The translations under genes were made by a program, and so were the position numbers. Shown here piece by piece: positions 29,809-42,819 of a stretch of DNA of 64,000 nt. Below the pieces are notes generated by a model, which saw only the letters and a list, made by a program, of their open reading frames with translations, ran no database searches and was not told the DNA's origin. The stretch is taken from NCBI GenBank assembly GCA_951406725.2, contig OX597817.1, positions 108,376,001-108,440,000 of the forward strand, read 5' to 3'. Every line of letters starts with the position of its first letter. Position 1 is the stretch's first letter. Origin of the DNA: Octopus vulgaris (Eukaryota).

Positions 29809-30285
29809 CTCTTTTCTTTGAAGTATCATTTTCTTTTTAAGTGTGATTGATACTTTTCCATGGTGAAATAGAATTTTACTGAATTAAGTTATGATCTCAA
29901 GTTAACAATGTATATATTCTCGTGTGCATGCGTAGTGTCTCGTGTGCATCAAGAGAATTTCAGGAAGCTAGTTAACAAGAATTGTTAACTAGCTTCCTGA
30001 TTTCTGTGAATGAAACAGTTCTAGTCCTGTAGAAGCTCCTTCTATATAATAAATTAATTTTATATGTATTGAGTACCTTATTTACTGTGGTTAACCCCGA
30101 ATCAACCCGGGACCTACATATATATATATATATATATATTTGTGTGTCTGTGTGCGTGATTGTGTGAAGGTATATGTGTGATTTCTGTGAATGTGTAAGT
30201 AAATTTTTAATAAAAAACATACTTTTATCGATAAAATCAACACCGGCAGTAGATACTCCCCCCCCTCCTCCTCCTCCTCCTCCTC

Positions 30286-30354
<69 letters not shown>

Positions 30355-30394
30355 TAATAATAGTAATATTTCTTCTAATATAGTCATATTAGAC

Positions 30395-30530
30395 TGAAGT
30401 TTTGGTGGATGAGTATAGCCGACTATATCGACTTCTCGGCCCCAAAATGATGAAAGGCAAAGTCGACCTCGTTGACATTTGAACTGGTGATCTTGATATG
30501 CCCGGTGCCGAAAGAGCTTGCTTCCCTTGT
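30395..30530 (-). mobile_element. degenerate SINE (GTCGACTTTGCCTTTCATC core family)
   Basis: GATGAAAGGCAAAGTCGACCTC on the + strand. Confidence 0.6.
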
Positions 30531-31124
30531 CAGTCATTAAGATAGTGCTTATCGTGGCTATGAGTTGTTTTGACTCTTATTTCTAGCAATACTGGTGCTG
30601 ACTAGCGTCCTTAGTCGCTTTAGTGACGCATATATATTTACCTTTCGGTTGGAAAATTGCTAATAAGCCACTCTTGTTATTTATACATACATATCTATGT
30701 ATGCATTTGCACGGTAATAAATAAAGTATGATAAAAGAAAATAATTAAAAGAAGATAAATTTAAAAGAAAATAAAGAGTGAAAATAAATTGCTGACTTGG
30801 TCTTGTTAGAGCATAATACATTAACTATTTGGCCAAAAGCTGATAATTTTTGTGTCGGTTGGTATATGCATCGCCGTCTCGGGGATAGGACTATTTCAAT
30901 TAGTTGTAATGTGCTTTTCTATTTTTATTAACTAGTTTGTCATTTACTAGTTTCTTGTATTCCAAATGCAATCTCACTTCTATCATTCATACCTTATCGG
31001 AATGCCCCTGACGCCATAGAAACATGATTGCATTTATTAGTTGTCCGTTTGGTTAACGATGGTTGGTGAATCTCTGGTTTACGCCTTCCTCTTTATGCAC
31101 TTTATTATTATTCGGAAGAAGCGA

Positions 31125-31457
31125 ATAAAAACGGGATCGATAAAATAAGTACCAGTTTAGAACCGGGGTCGACAATCAACTAGCTTCCTTCCTCTTAATT
31201 TCAGGGCTTGTGCCTATAGCAGAAAAATTATTTAAGGCGGCGAGGTAGCAGAATCGTTAGCATGCCGGACAATATGCTTAGTCGCATTTCGCCTGGCTTT
31301 ACGTTCCGAGTTCAAATTCCGCTTAGGTCGACTTTGCCTTTTATCCTTTTGGGGTTGATAAAAAACATACCAGTTGAGCACTAGGGACAATGAAATCTAC
31401 CAGCACCCTCCCCTCAAATTTCAGGCCTTGTGCCTATAGCAGAAAAGGATTATTATT
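31125..31457 (+). mobile_element. SINE tail fragment followed by a full SINE (31233-31457)
   Basis: head GGCAGAATCGTTAGCA-like, B-box GTTCAAATTCC, core GTCGACTTTGCCTTT, tail CAGGCCTTGTGCCTATAGCAGAAAAGGATTATTATT. Confidence 0.8.
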
Positions 31458-31519
31458 CGGAGGAGGAACATCAGTATTGTTTCGAGGAAGGTGTTCCTTC
31501 TCACTCGTTTGAATCGTTT

Positions 31520-32050
31520 CCTTTAGAAATTTTTGTTTTGGGATATTTTCCTTTTCATTTTGTATTTACTACGACAGTTTGGATACTTTCCTCTGCAGCC
31601 TTTTTCTTTCTTTTTTTCGACACATGTTGATGGATTGGTACTACGTGTTGCTACTGTAATAGGACGAGGCATTTGTTCTCTTGTTTCTAGAACTGGGCAC
31701 GAGGCGATTTCTTCTGCCATTTCAGTAACTGTAATTGATGGTAGTATGGAATCTGGAGCTTCTTGTTCTTGTTGCTGGATGGTCTCCTTTGCTTTACTTT
31801 TCCATTTCCTAACTAGTCTTTCAAGTTCTTGAGGACATGATGTTCTGACATAATTCATACTACAATATGTGTAATAACCAAACCTTTTGCCCTTTACCAT
31901 CAATCTCAAGTCCTTTGTCTTGGTAGCTTCTGCTGGTTACAGTTCCAGTAGGCTTTATGATGCCACCTAACCACAATCTGTCTCACGTCAGCCCTGCATT
32001 AACCACTCCTAATTCCACAAAAGCTAAGATCAGATACAGCCCGCATAGTT
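31520..32050 (-). mobile_element. possible decayed LINE ORF1 (gag-like) fragment
   Basis: ORF 31523-31909 with a degenerate knuckle-like segment (YTYCSMNYVRTSCP) and a basic tail; weak. Confidence 0.3.
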
Positions 32051-32508
32051 CTTAATAAACCGTTACCTATTTTTACCTCTCCAACAGGTTTTTTTTACCA
32101 ATTTTTTTATTGTAACCTCTTCTACAGGATTTTACCTGTTTTTTCTTTTTTTACCGTTGTCTATTATTACCTATCCTACAAGTGCGCTTGTGTATGGTTA
32201 AATTTTTAGATATATATCTAAAAATTTCAACCTGTGCTTTGGCTGAACATTCGGTTTTTAAAGTGTTGGCGCCAGTACTATAACATCTTCTCTTTCAACT
32301 GAGAATTTTTCCCGAGATTTCCCGACTGCTTGTTAAAATTGCTGCTTCAATGGTGATTCTATTCCGGTGCCTTCCTTTCTAAATTATATATATATATATA
32401 TATAATTTGATAAACACAATACATGTTTTCATGTGTTTATCAAATAATATTTATCTCTCACCAGATGGAGTCCATTTTTTGTTGATCTCACCAACGTGGA
32501 ACAGTGCA

Positions 32509-32592
<84 letters not shown>

Positions 32593-32593
<1 letters not shown>

Positions 32594-34284
32594 CTCATAG
32601 CAGCTGGTTTCGGTCACGTCTTCCTCGGCTGGATAGCTGCCCTGTATAGAGGTATCCGTTTGGTACTTCGTGTAAATGGGCATCTATCGAGACCTTTCGA
32701 CATTGCACGCTCGCTCCGTCAGGGATGCCCCCTCTCGTCGCTTCTGTACTGGTGACCCTCGAGCCACTACTGCGGAAGCTGGCGACGCTGAGGTGCATCC
32801 CGCGAGAGTTGGGATGCGGGACGAGCGTGTCAGCATACGCGAACGACGTCACCGTCATAGTGTCTAGACAGAAGCACATCGAGCTGGTCGGCGAGACACT
32901 GGAAGACTACGAAACGGTAACGGGAGCGAAAATCAACCGGGAAAAGTCAGTGGGCTTGCGGCTCGGCATCTGGAGAAGCAAGCCATGCCATTCAGCAGTG
33001 CCTCCGTCGTGGAACGCTGGACTGATGGTCCGCTCGTGTTGCTCGGGGTTTGGTTTGGTCCGGACCTCCAAACGGAGAAGAACTGGAACGGGATAACGAG
33101 TAGGGTGGTCACTCTCTCCCGGCAATGGGCTGAGAGGAAGCTGTCCCTAAAAGGTCGGGCGGAGGTGGCGAACGCGTACATCGCGTCCATCATCTACTAC
33201 CGCCTGACTGTGGTGCCTTTTCCCGACACTACCATCACCAAACTTGAACGCATTCCCTTCACTTCTTGTGGAAAGGATGCGTTCCGATGGTCAGGCGATC
33301 CGTTTGCTGCCAACACCCGTTAAAAGGAGGCTGGGCATGCCGTGGTTGATGATGCGCAGACACGCGCTGAGACTGCGACATCTCCAGCTCTACGTTGACG
33401 ACGGTGAACAGGTGTGGTCGCCGTTTGTGCGGCATGCTTTTCCGTACCTCATCTCCATGACCGAACTGCAGTCGTGGATCAAGAAGAGGCCGAGGAAGGG
33501 CAAATGGCACCGCGAGTGTCGCGTGGCTCTGGAGCAACTATGCCGTCCCGAGTCTGGCAGTGCTATCAAGACGCGCTACCCGTTCGGGATAAGCTCTACA
33601 GGCATGGCTCGAGAAACCCGGGGCCAACCTGCCCGAGATGCGGTTTGAGCGACGAAACCGTTCTGCACGCACTTATGTCAAACGATTGCTATCGCGTGTG
33701 GGACGAGACAGTTTGTTAACCGAATCTGTCGTGAATATTGTCGTGCTTCCTTCCTTGAAACGGGAAGCAAGAGCCATTTTCACCGTACTTATGGCTATGG
33801 TGAAAGAATGTTTATGGTGGATGCATCTGAAAGGTCTAGAGACAAACATTTTCCTCTCTGGTGAATCTCTCATCAACTTCTTCAAGTATCACTTGAAGAG
33901 GAAGGTGAGAGTAGAGAGGGAAGTTTTGTCTAGTGAATGTTCCATGAAAAAAGATGGGTGAATGTAGTAAGAATGGCGCGTGTGAATGACGGAGCCATCT
34001 TGAGCATAATCCTATGAACCAGAAAAAGAAGGGAAAAAAAAGAAACTCACTGTAATGTGTTTTTTGCATGACATTATTGCCTGAGGTTACCGTGGTCTTT
34101 TCCGTAGGCTTTTCTTTCCACAGATAAACCTAATCAGTTTACCCTTTTACATTATGACATTTCTGTGATACACGATCCCTTTTGATGGAAATGCTACCCC
34201 CTTTTTCTTTCCTTCCCCAAAAGAAAAGCTCTACTTTGTATTTTGTCCCCTCTGTGTTCAGCCCTGTGTGGCCAAAAAAGAAAC
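32593..34284 (+). mobile_element. Tx1-clade LINE 3' half inserted in (TATC)n
   Basis: RQGCPLS, SVSAYANDV, LSLKGRAEVAN, CPRCGLSDETVLHAL; flanked by (TATC)n at 32509-32592 and 34287-34378. Confidence 0.9.
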
Positions 34285-34378
<94 letters not shown>

Positions 34379-35008
34379 CTATGGACGGACGACAGTTACA
34401 TCGACTCCGCGTAAGTTTGCTTTTTTTGCGTTCAAAAGTGTGTCTTGTATAATATTTTTTTATGTAAAAGTTGTGCAACAACTAATAGATTCGATCGTGC
34501 AAATTGTTTCCATAGGAAACCTGCCCTGCGTGGCCTGTTTCCTGGTTTTGTGAATTTGTTTTCGGCTTGCTTATCCATTTTTCTTTCGAAGCCATGAAGA
34601 CAGTTTTCTAACAAATGCCAGTCTCCTTGGAAACTTGTTTCATATTGAATTTCCTACACTCCCCACACCACAACTTCATGAAAGAAGGAAGGAAAAGAGA
34701 AATTTTACACAAACAAATAAAGACGTAAACGTGAATGCCAGTACCACCACCAACACCAACACCAACACCAACAACGATATCGTCGCAAAGCCGTCCACCA
34801 TGACCTTCACGAAAGACAGTACCGCCAACACCAACATCACTACTACAACTTCACCTTCAACTGCTACAACTGACACCTCTGCCACCACCACCAAATCTTT
34901 GTTTTGGTTACTCGTGACTCTTGGGGCAGGTCCTCCTCTCGTAATTATAATTCTTTTTAGTAGGTACTCTGAAGAAAATTTCATTGACTGACACTTAAAA
35001 TGAGCCCT

Positions 35009-35067
<59 letters not shown>

Positions 35068-35111
35068 TATCATGACACCAAGACAGTAACTACTACTACT
35101 ACTACTACTAT

Positions 35112-35144
<33 letters not shown>

Positions 35145-35254
35145 CTTTTAATTAACCACATATTGCAATTACATTTTAGTCATTCATACACATACAATAG
35201 GAATGAAGAGCACAAAGTTATGTTTAAAATTAACGAGATTGGGGCAAAGGTGCT

Positions 35255-35510
35255 AGGCAAAGGCCCTTCCCGAGCTATAGTTTCATAAGGCCGGTCTTCC
35301 CGGATCCCATTGTGTATATATTGTCCTCCCCCACCTCCACTAGACGGGATACTGGTCCATCGTAGGATTATTCATTTTTGTCAAGCTGAGTGGACTGGAG
35401 CAACCTGAAATGAAATGTCTTGCTCAAGAACACAAAGCATCGCCCGGACCAAGAATCGAAACCACAATTTTACAATCATGAGTGCAACACCCTGACTCTA
35501 AGCCACACAA
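35255..35510 (-). mobile_element. tRNA-derived SINE
   Basis: minus strand has B-box GTTTCGATTC and the TTGTGTTCTTGAGCAAG core. Confidence 0.75.
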
Positions 35511-36479
35511 CTCTACATAAGAACATATACTAGTATATAATAGTAGATAATTACAAAAGAAATAAGACAAGAAAATATTTAAATGTACATAAAATATTTC
35601 AGGCAACTCTCATAAAACGAGGTAGAAAATGTCAGTTACGCTGACTAGCGCAGCCCGTGTACCTACTCATATAGCACTGCTCATATTGGTATTTGCTAAC
35701 ATATTCCACCAAAACCAAGTAATCCTGTTTTAGTTCGTGATATAATACTGGTATCATTCTCACGAAATGCCTACTGGTTACATGCTCCGTGTATTTCAGC
35801 CCTGTTTGGTCTTCGGTAATTAGTACATCGAAAATATATCCTTTGCACAACTTATACTTTATTGCTTACACGAGGAGCTAGTTTGGTTTTCGAATGACAC
35901 GGAATTTCACGTCGACTTGGTGGCTGTCGTCTTTCTCCTGTTGCATTTTCGTGCCTTTTTGGTGGGTTCACAATACTTCTTCTATAGGGTCCTCTTTTTC
36001 AGGTAGTTTTCTGCTCCTCTCTAACTTCCATTACATCTCATACTATCGCAAGACTACGGGGTAGTGATATTGGTTGGAGAGGGAACAACTTTCGTTCGTC
36101 GGCTTCTGGGACCAGGGAAGAGGCTGATAATTCAGTTGTGCAACTTGCACTGCCACAGGAATAGTAGCGCTCGGAACTTGTTTTCCTATTAGTGATTACA
36201 TTGTTCCTGTTGTTGGTTCCTATCGTCTTCGATCCTTGCCTTACTACCATCGATGATTATGACAGAGATATGGAGTATATGGTCTCTAGTTATGAACACC
36301 AAGTCTTATAAACAAGATACGAGACACTCTTCTGCTTCTAGAACATTGATCGATAATGATTTGGAGACAGGGGTCTACTGTTCTTCACAAACTTTCCTTC
36401 TTTCCTTCTCCTGGCTTCTCCAGGTCTCCAAGGCAAAACTCTAGTTTCGTAGCTACTTTTCCTTTCTAAGAGTATAAAT

Positions 36480-36650
36480 AATGGTTTCAAAGTTTTGCGC
36501 AAGCGCAGCAATTTCTGGGGATTATTTTATCGACTCCGAAAAGGTGAAAGATAAAGTGAACCTCGGTGGAATTTGAGTGTAAAGACTGACGAAATGACGC
36601 AGAGCATTTTGCCCAGCATGCTAACGATTCTGCCAAGCTCGCCGCCTTTA
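36480..36650 (-). mobile_element. SINE (GGCAGAATCGTTAGCA head family)
   Basis: TGCTAACGATTCTGCCAAGCTCGCCGCCTT on the + strand. Confidence 0.7.
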
Positions 36651-36663
36651 AACGTGTAAATAA

Positions 36664-38489
36664 CACTGGTCTACATGGTTTTTAGTGTTTAGGAAATAGA
36701 TATCATTCCTATACAAAATCGGTCTCCTGAATTCAAATATAACTTTCTTTTTGACCCATCAGATCTAGTTTTTATGTTAGTGTGCCGTATAATCACATGA
36801 GCAACTGCTATTTTTGTAACCTGAATTTGAAGCGTATTAACCGGAAAAATCGACAAACGCTTGTCTATCCTAATCTTGCCTCTGCAATTAGACTAGTTCC
36901 ACACAGTGAATAGCTTCCTGTTCCTGTCTTCAATGTCTTGCCTCAGATAACTTTACCCTCAACCAAAGAAGATTCATCACCTGAAGATGATACTAGAGAT
37001 CAAGACTTTCCAGTTGAGACTTTACCTCAGCTATTCTCCCAGGTAGAGTTGAATGATCTACTTCGTGATTTGAACCCCCTAAAAAATTCTGCAGAACTTT
37101 TGGCCTCCCGACTGAGAGAGAAGAATCTTGTAGAAAATGTTGTCCGTATAACCTTTTATCAGAGTCAGCATGAAGAGTTCCTTTCTTTCTTCACTAAAGA
37201 GGAAGAGCTGGTTTACTGCAGAGATGTCAGTGGGCTTCTTAATAAACTTGGCATTGAAGAATACTAACCAGAGGAATAGCATCATTTCATAGACAGCTCT
37301 AAGTGTAGTTTAAAATGTGTATTATTGCACAACAGAAATGTGTATGGCTCTATCCCACTCGGCTACTCAACAACTCCGAAGCAAAAATATGAAGACATTA
37401 AGTTAGTTTTAGAGAAGTTGGTTTTAGAGAAGCGTAAGTCAACGCAGACGACCCATAAATGGGTCATCTGCGTTGACTTAAAGATGGTGAATTTTCTCAT
37501 GAGACAGTAATCTGGTTATACCAAATACTCATGCTTTCTTTGCATGTGAAACAGTAGAGACCGAGTAAACCACTATGTTAAGAAAGACTGGCCGCCTCGA
37601 ACAAATATGGCTCCATTTAGAGCTGCTAATTTATTGGAAGAACCGTTAGTTGAGCTAGATACGATCATTTTCCCACCTTTGCACATCAAACTCGGATTGA
37701 TCAAGCAATTCACCAAAGGTCTTGACAAAAATGGGAAGTGCTTCAAGTATATCTGCAATGTATTTCCAGACTTGACGATTGAAAAACTTGAAGCAAGGAT
37801 CTTTGATAGACTACAGATCCGTAAGCTCTTGAAGGACATAAATTTCATGAAAACGATGGGCGAAAATGAATCATCAGCTCGGCTAGCCTTTGCAGAAGGA
37901 GTGCAAAATTTCCTTGTGATACACAGAAGTGAAAACTATAAAGACCTTGTTACCAACTTGATATTAACTTTCGTCGATATTGGCACGAATATGAGCATCA
38001 AAATAGCATTATCCTTTAGCCATCTTGATCGTCTTCCTGAAAGTCTTGGAGATGTTAGCAATGAACAAAACAAAAGATTCCATCAGGACATCAAGGAGAT
38101 GGAAACTCGGGACCAAAGACATTGGGACGCTGTGATGATGATAGACTATTGCTGGTGTTTAAAACGAAATACTCATGTTGCTCAACATTCACAGTGCACA
38201 AAAAAGCGTAAATTTATTCCTTGAATTTTCTGCCAAAAATCTTTGGCAATGTACATTTTCAGTTTTGAATTATGTATTTATAATTTGTTTTGTTTTGTGT
38301 TACGCTCTCTTTATTGATTCATAGTATATGCCTCTTGTATGAATAAAATACTTACTCTATGAGGTCTAGCCAGAAAAGTAGACCTGATAGAGAAAAATTG
38401 AACTTATTTTTGAATTTAGCAGGCAATATCACTTAAGAATTCGTCGAAATATTCCAGGCACCAAAGAAAAAAGTTTTTGTTGCCCAGTG
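36664..38489 (+). mobile_element. Chapaev3-type (CMC) DNA transposon, decayed
   Basis: CACTGG...CCAGTG termini with TAA on both sides; transposase motifs ELLASRLREKNL, WVICVDLKMVNFL, PPLHIKLGLIKQF, RFHQDIKEME, MIDYCW. Confidence 0.8.
36938..38224 (+). pseudogene. disrupted transposase of the Chapaev3-type element
   Basis: three consecutive ORF pieces (36938-37267, 37325-37510, 37607-38224) separated by stop codons. Confidence 0.8.
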
Positions 38490-39363
38490 TAATGGAAAGA
38501 TTTTCAAATATGATTTTGCCTCAGTACAACTGTTGTACATAGCAGAAAGGAATAATCAAAAGAATACTTACTAGAGTACCAATGCAATTACGAAGAAATG
38601 AATACACACAGTCATAAGGCATGTCAATATAATGAAGTGAAAGAAGTACAGGCATAAACTCTTTCCGCGAAGCTTTCATTCATCTCATTTATCATTCCAA
38701 GGAAAGATTCAAAATAAGAAAAAGAAAAGAACGTTTCAAAATGTTTTTTTTTATTTCAGTTATAGGTTCTGAATAATGCGAAATTGCGACGCTGCGGTTT
38801 GGTACTCAGAAATCGATTATGCCGACTCTAGTACTTTGGTATTTATTTTAATGATTTGATAAAGGAAGTATTTCTCTTAAACAAAATTTATTTTCCCCAC
38901 ACAATGAAATACACACACAAATATATTATGACTAGAGAATATTTGTGTTCAAAAGTACTCAATACGTAAAGTATTTTATTAGACGCTGTAACTCTGAGTT
39001 TCAAGTTTTAAATCAAACGATTACTGAACGGTAATACTTTATAAGCCGAAATATTAATATATTAATAGATAAATTCCTCTATTTGTTTAATATTGAGGGC
39101 TCTTTCTTTCTTTTGTTATCTTACCAATATATATATATATATATAAATATTTTGGCTTATAAAGTGTTACATTTCAGCAATCGTTGCACATTGTTATATT
39201 TCGGGGTGGTCTTTTTGTGCCAGATAACCTGGCACACGCCTCTGACCTCTTCAATGACCCTTTTCGTCCAAGTGTATCCATCTGCTCAGCTTAGTCCATT
39301 CTATCATTCTATGATGTGTATCTGCGCATGCGTTTCAGTCTGTATCTCTATGTGTGTGTTCAA

Positions 39364-39590
39364 AGTGCACAAAGAAACGTAAATTTATTCCTTGAATTTT
39401 CTGCCAAAAATCTTTGGCAATGTACATTTTCAATTTTGAATTTGTATTTGTAATTTGTTTTGTTTTGTGTTACGCTCTCTTTATTGATTCATATTATATG
39501 CCTCTTGTATGAATAAAATACTTACTCTATCAGGTCTAGCCAGAAAACTAGACCTGATAGAGAAAAACTGAAGTTATGTTTGAATATAGC
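39364..39590 (+). repeat. partial duplicate of the transposon 3' region (38192-38420)
   Basis: near-identical sequence; contains hairpin CTCTATCAGGTCTAG-N8-CTAGACCTGATAGAG. Confidence 0.9.
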
Positions 39591-39853
39591 GTGCGTATGC
39601 GTGTTTATGTGTTTCACATGCGTGCTTATGTGCCTGTTTGTCTTTTGTGTGTGCATTACACGGATCTAGTCAGTTTGGCTGCCAGCATCAATTCCATTTG
39701 AATTGATTTCATATTCACTGTATTGATACACTTTTATTGGCTGTAATTTCAGCCAATCGTAAACCACAGATACATTCATGCCTGTATCCATAGTAACAAG
39801 CGGAACTTGAGAACTCTTTTGTCTGTGAGAAAGCACCTGTTGACAAGTATATT

Positions 39854-40083
39854 GAAGGCGAGATGGCAGAAACGTTAGCACGCCGGGCGAAATGCGTAGC
39901 CGTATTTCGTCTGTCGTTACGTTCTGAGTTCAAATTCCGCCGAGGTCGACTTTGCCTTTCATCCTTTTGGGGTCGATAAATAAAGTACCAGTTTCCAACT
40001 GGGGTCGATGTAATCGACTTAATCCCTTTGTCTGTCCTTGTTTGTCCCCTCTATGTTTAGCCCCTTGTGGGCAGTAAAGAAAT
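39854..40083 (+). mobile_element. tRNA-like SINE with a Tx1-derived 3' tail
   Basis: B-box GTTCAAATTCC; core GTCGACTTTGCCTTTCATCC; tail TTGTCCCCTCTATGTTTAGCCCCTTGTGGGCAGTAAAGAAA resembles 34243-34283. Confidence 0.85.
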
Positions 40084-41209
40084 ACATTCGTTTTACCTCT
40101 GTTGACAATTGAGCATATGAAGTTATGAACTGGTCAGCAAAATGTTTTTTTTGTTTTTAATATTTAATTTGTAACGTGTTGTTTATCGCATTTGTATTAA
40201 ATGCATATTGAATGCTTAAAACTACTTGTTTACTCGTTTCTTTTTGCCATTGAGATGGTTGTGAAATGTGCTAAAAATAACAGCTAAATAACGTTTTTTG
40301 GATAAGTTTGTGCTATCGCATTAAATGTATATTGAATGCTTCAAACTACAAAACAAGTATTGTTTACAAATATTGAAAACACTTGCTATTTTCGGGATGT
40401 TGATGAAAAAATGTGCAGCCACGCACAAAATGACAGCTTTCAAATCATATTTTCTCACTGGGCGAACGTGATCATACTTTAAGTCTCAATAACTTTTTAA
40501 AAACATTTCTCTAGAAAAAGTGAAATAACTCCAGCAATTCTGCTTGGAAAAGTATATCATTGAGCCAAATTTTAAAACTTTAATTATTGAAATGCTGGCA
40601 GCCAAACCAACTAGATCCTATTACACTATTTGTATTTGTGTCTTTTGTTTTCTTTCCCCCACCTTCTATCTTTAGTCGTTGTCTTAAGGTCGAGATTTGA
40701 AAGGAAAAAGACCGTGGACAAGCATTGCCTTTTTTTCATATGTTCATTACTCTGTGAGGAAAAAGATATTTACACCTATTTGGTACCACATGAAAATGTG
40801 ATGTTTTCACTTTTTTAAGCAGTGTACTCATAACAACAGGTATGTAAAGGAAGTAACTGTTTTGATGAAGTTTATATGATGATGAATGAAACCATATTTT
40901 CGGATATGGAAAACAAGCTTTCATCATTGGTTGGTAGCTAGAAATTCCTTAATAAGCAATGATGCAGTTGTCTGCAAGTTATTAGCTATAGAGATTTTTT
41001 GTTCAAAATTACTGAAGGCATCAACAAAATGTTATACTTCCCCTAGAGACTGGGCTTGCGTCTTTCAAAGTCATTCAAGGAAGGAGGTGTGTGGGATGTC
41101 CTTCTGATGAGCTTAAATATATTCATATATTTGAAAGAATATTTGTTAGCATATGGAGAATTAAGGACGCGAAGCTCAGACCTGAAAAGCTACAGCTTTT
41201 AATATAAGT

Positions 41210-41275
<66 letters not shown>

Positions 41276-41411
41276 ACACACACACTGTAATAATGAAGTG
41301 AAACCAAATAATGATATTGTGAAAACATTTTATATATATGCTTCAGATCTTGCGCAATATATAATAGTAGATAATGGTCTTAAGCAAGATGTTCAGCTAA
41401 TTCATTTCAAT

Positions 41412-41451
<40 letters not shown>

Positions 41452-42819
41452 GCATCCAACGAGCTTATGTACAGTTTCCGTCAAAAATATTTTTAAAACA
41501 CGGCATTAGTGGAATTGAGATTCGGATAGAAAGCTATTTTTCAATGTACTGCTCAGTGTTATCGAACTTGGAATCATGGAATTGCAAAGGAAACTCTGTA
41601 ACAATTCTACGAAGCCGGTGAAATAAGAAAAACAAATACCCCGATGTTTAGTAGATGGATGAAATAATATACAAATATAAATAACACTTCCTTAAATGTC
41701 AATAAAATCTAAGATCACTTTCAGGAATGATTTTGTAGACAAAGTCTATATGACGTCATTCGTAGAAATATCCAATTCGGCTGAAATTAACTGCGGGCCA
41801 TTTATAGAATGAGAATAAATTGAGTGATGAATTTAGTGACTTTATTGGTAAAATAAAAGACACCAAGTTCTAAGAAAAAACAAAACAAAACAAAACAAAA
41901 AACAACGACAAATAAAAAGCAAATTCCTCAAATAACTCGAAAGGGTTTTATTGAAATAATTAACGGACATCGGTGAATCGAATTATAAATGAAACGTAAT
42001 TGGATAATTAAACAAAATGAAATAGTTAATATTTGCGTAAGGAAATGTAAAAATCAATTAAAGATATGTCAGTTATATCAAGCAATGATTGTTCAGGTGT
42101 TCAAATATTAATATTGTAAAACATTTTGTGGGCTGTGTAGTAAAAATCTAACTTAAATACGTGTGTTATGCACACGCATGGGTTCGACAGGAGACAGAAA
42201 CTTTTACAAACAGGCTTTATTTTATTTTTTCTATTACTACGGTGAAGTAAATATCGTATTGTCATTTGAGATTGAATTACTCTGAGAATAAGTGGAATTT
42301 AACTTTAAACTTTGGAGGAACAGTTTTGTTTAAATAATTAATCATTTAAAGATGACTCAGTAACATCTTCAGTGAAATCTGTCCCTTGGGTCCAAGCTAG
42401 GAATCAATAACGATTAGTATGACCACACTGGTTGAATTGTTTTCATTAATAAAAGTAATTACTGATTAGATATCGCATCGTTCCAAAGGCGGTTGAGTAA
42501 GAAAAAAATAGATTGTCGATTATAGTCTAGTTATAACAAAAATTAAAAAGAATATATTAAAGCATTTGACTATTTTTTTATTATTTCTAAAAATTCCTGA
42601 TAGTAGATTCCTAAATCCATAACTGATGTTTCCAGACCTTCACTGTCGCATTTTCTAGAATTGATTATATATTTAACTCCTATGTTGTTACTTATGTATT
42701 GGTGAAATTCGTGTAGGCTTTCCGGACAAAGGTTCTTTTGACTGCTAGATTCATGCATCAGCAGTCGCATATTGATATATTTGTCACATTCAAATTTTAA
42801 GCCTTAAATTTTATTTTCT

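Noticed and set aside
34635-34991. Thr-rich mucin-like ORF
   Set aside because: Low-complexity (ACC/AAC) sequence that resembles the Tx1 ORF1 N-terminal tracts elsewhere in the window; no gene context.
35632-36444. Coding-looking minus-strand stretch
   Set aside because: Multiple stops and no diagnostic motif; possibly an old LINE ORF1 but unsupported.
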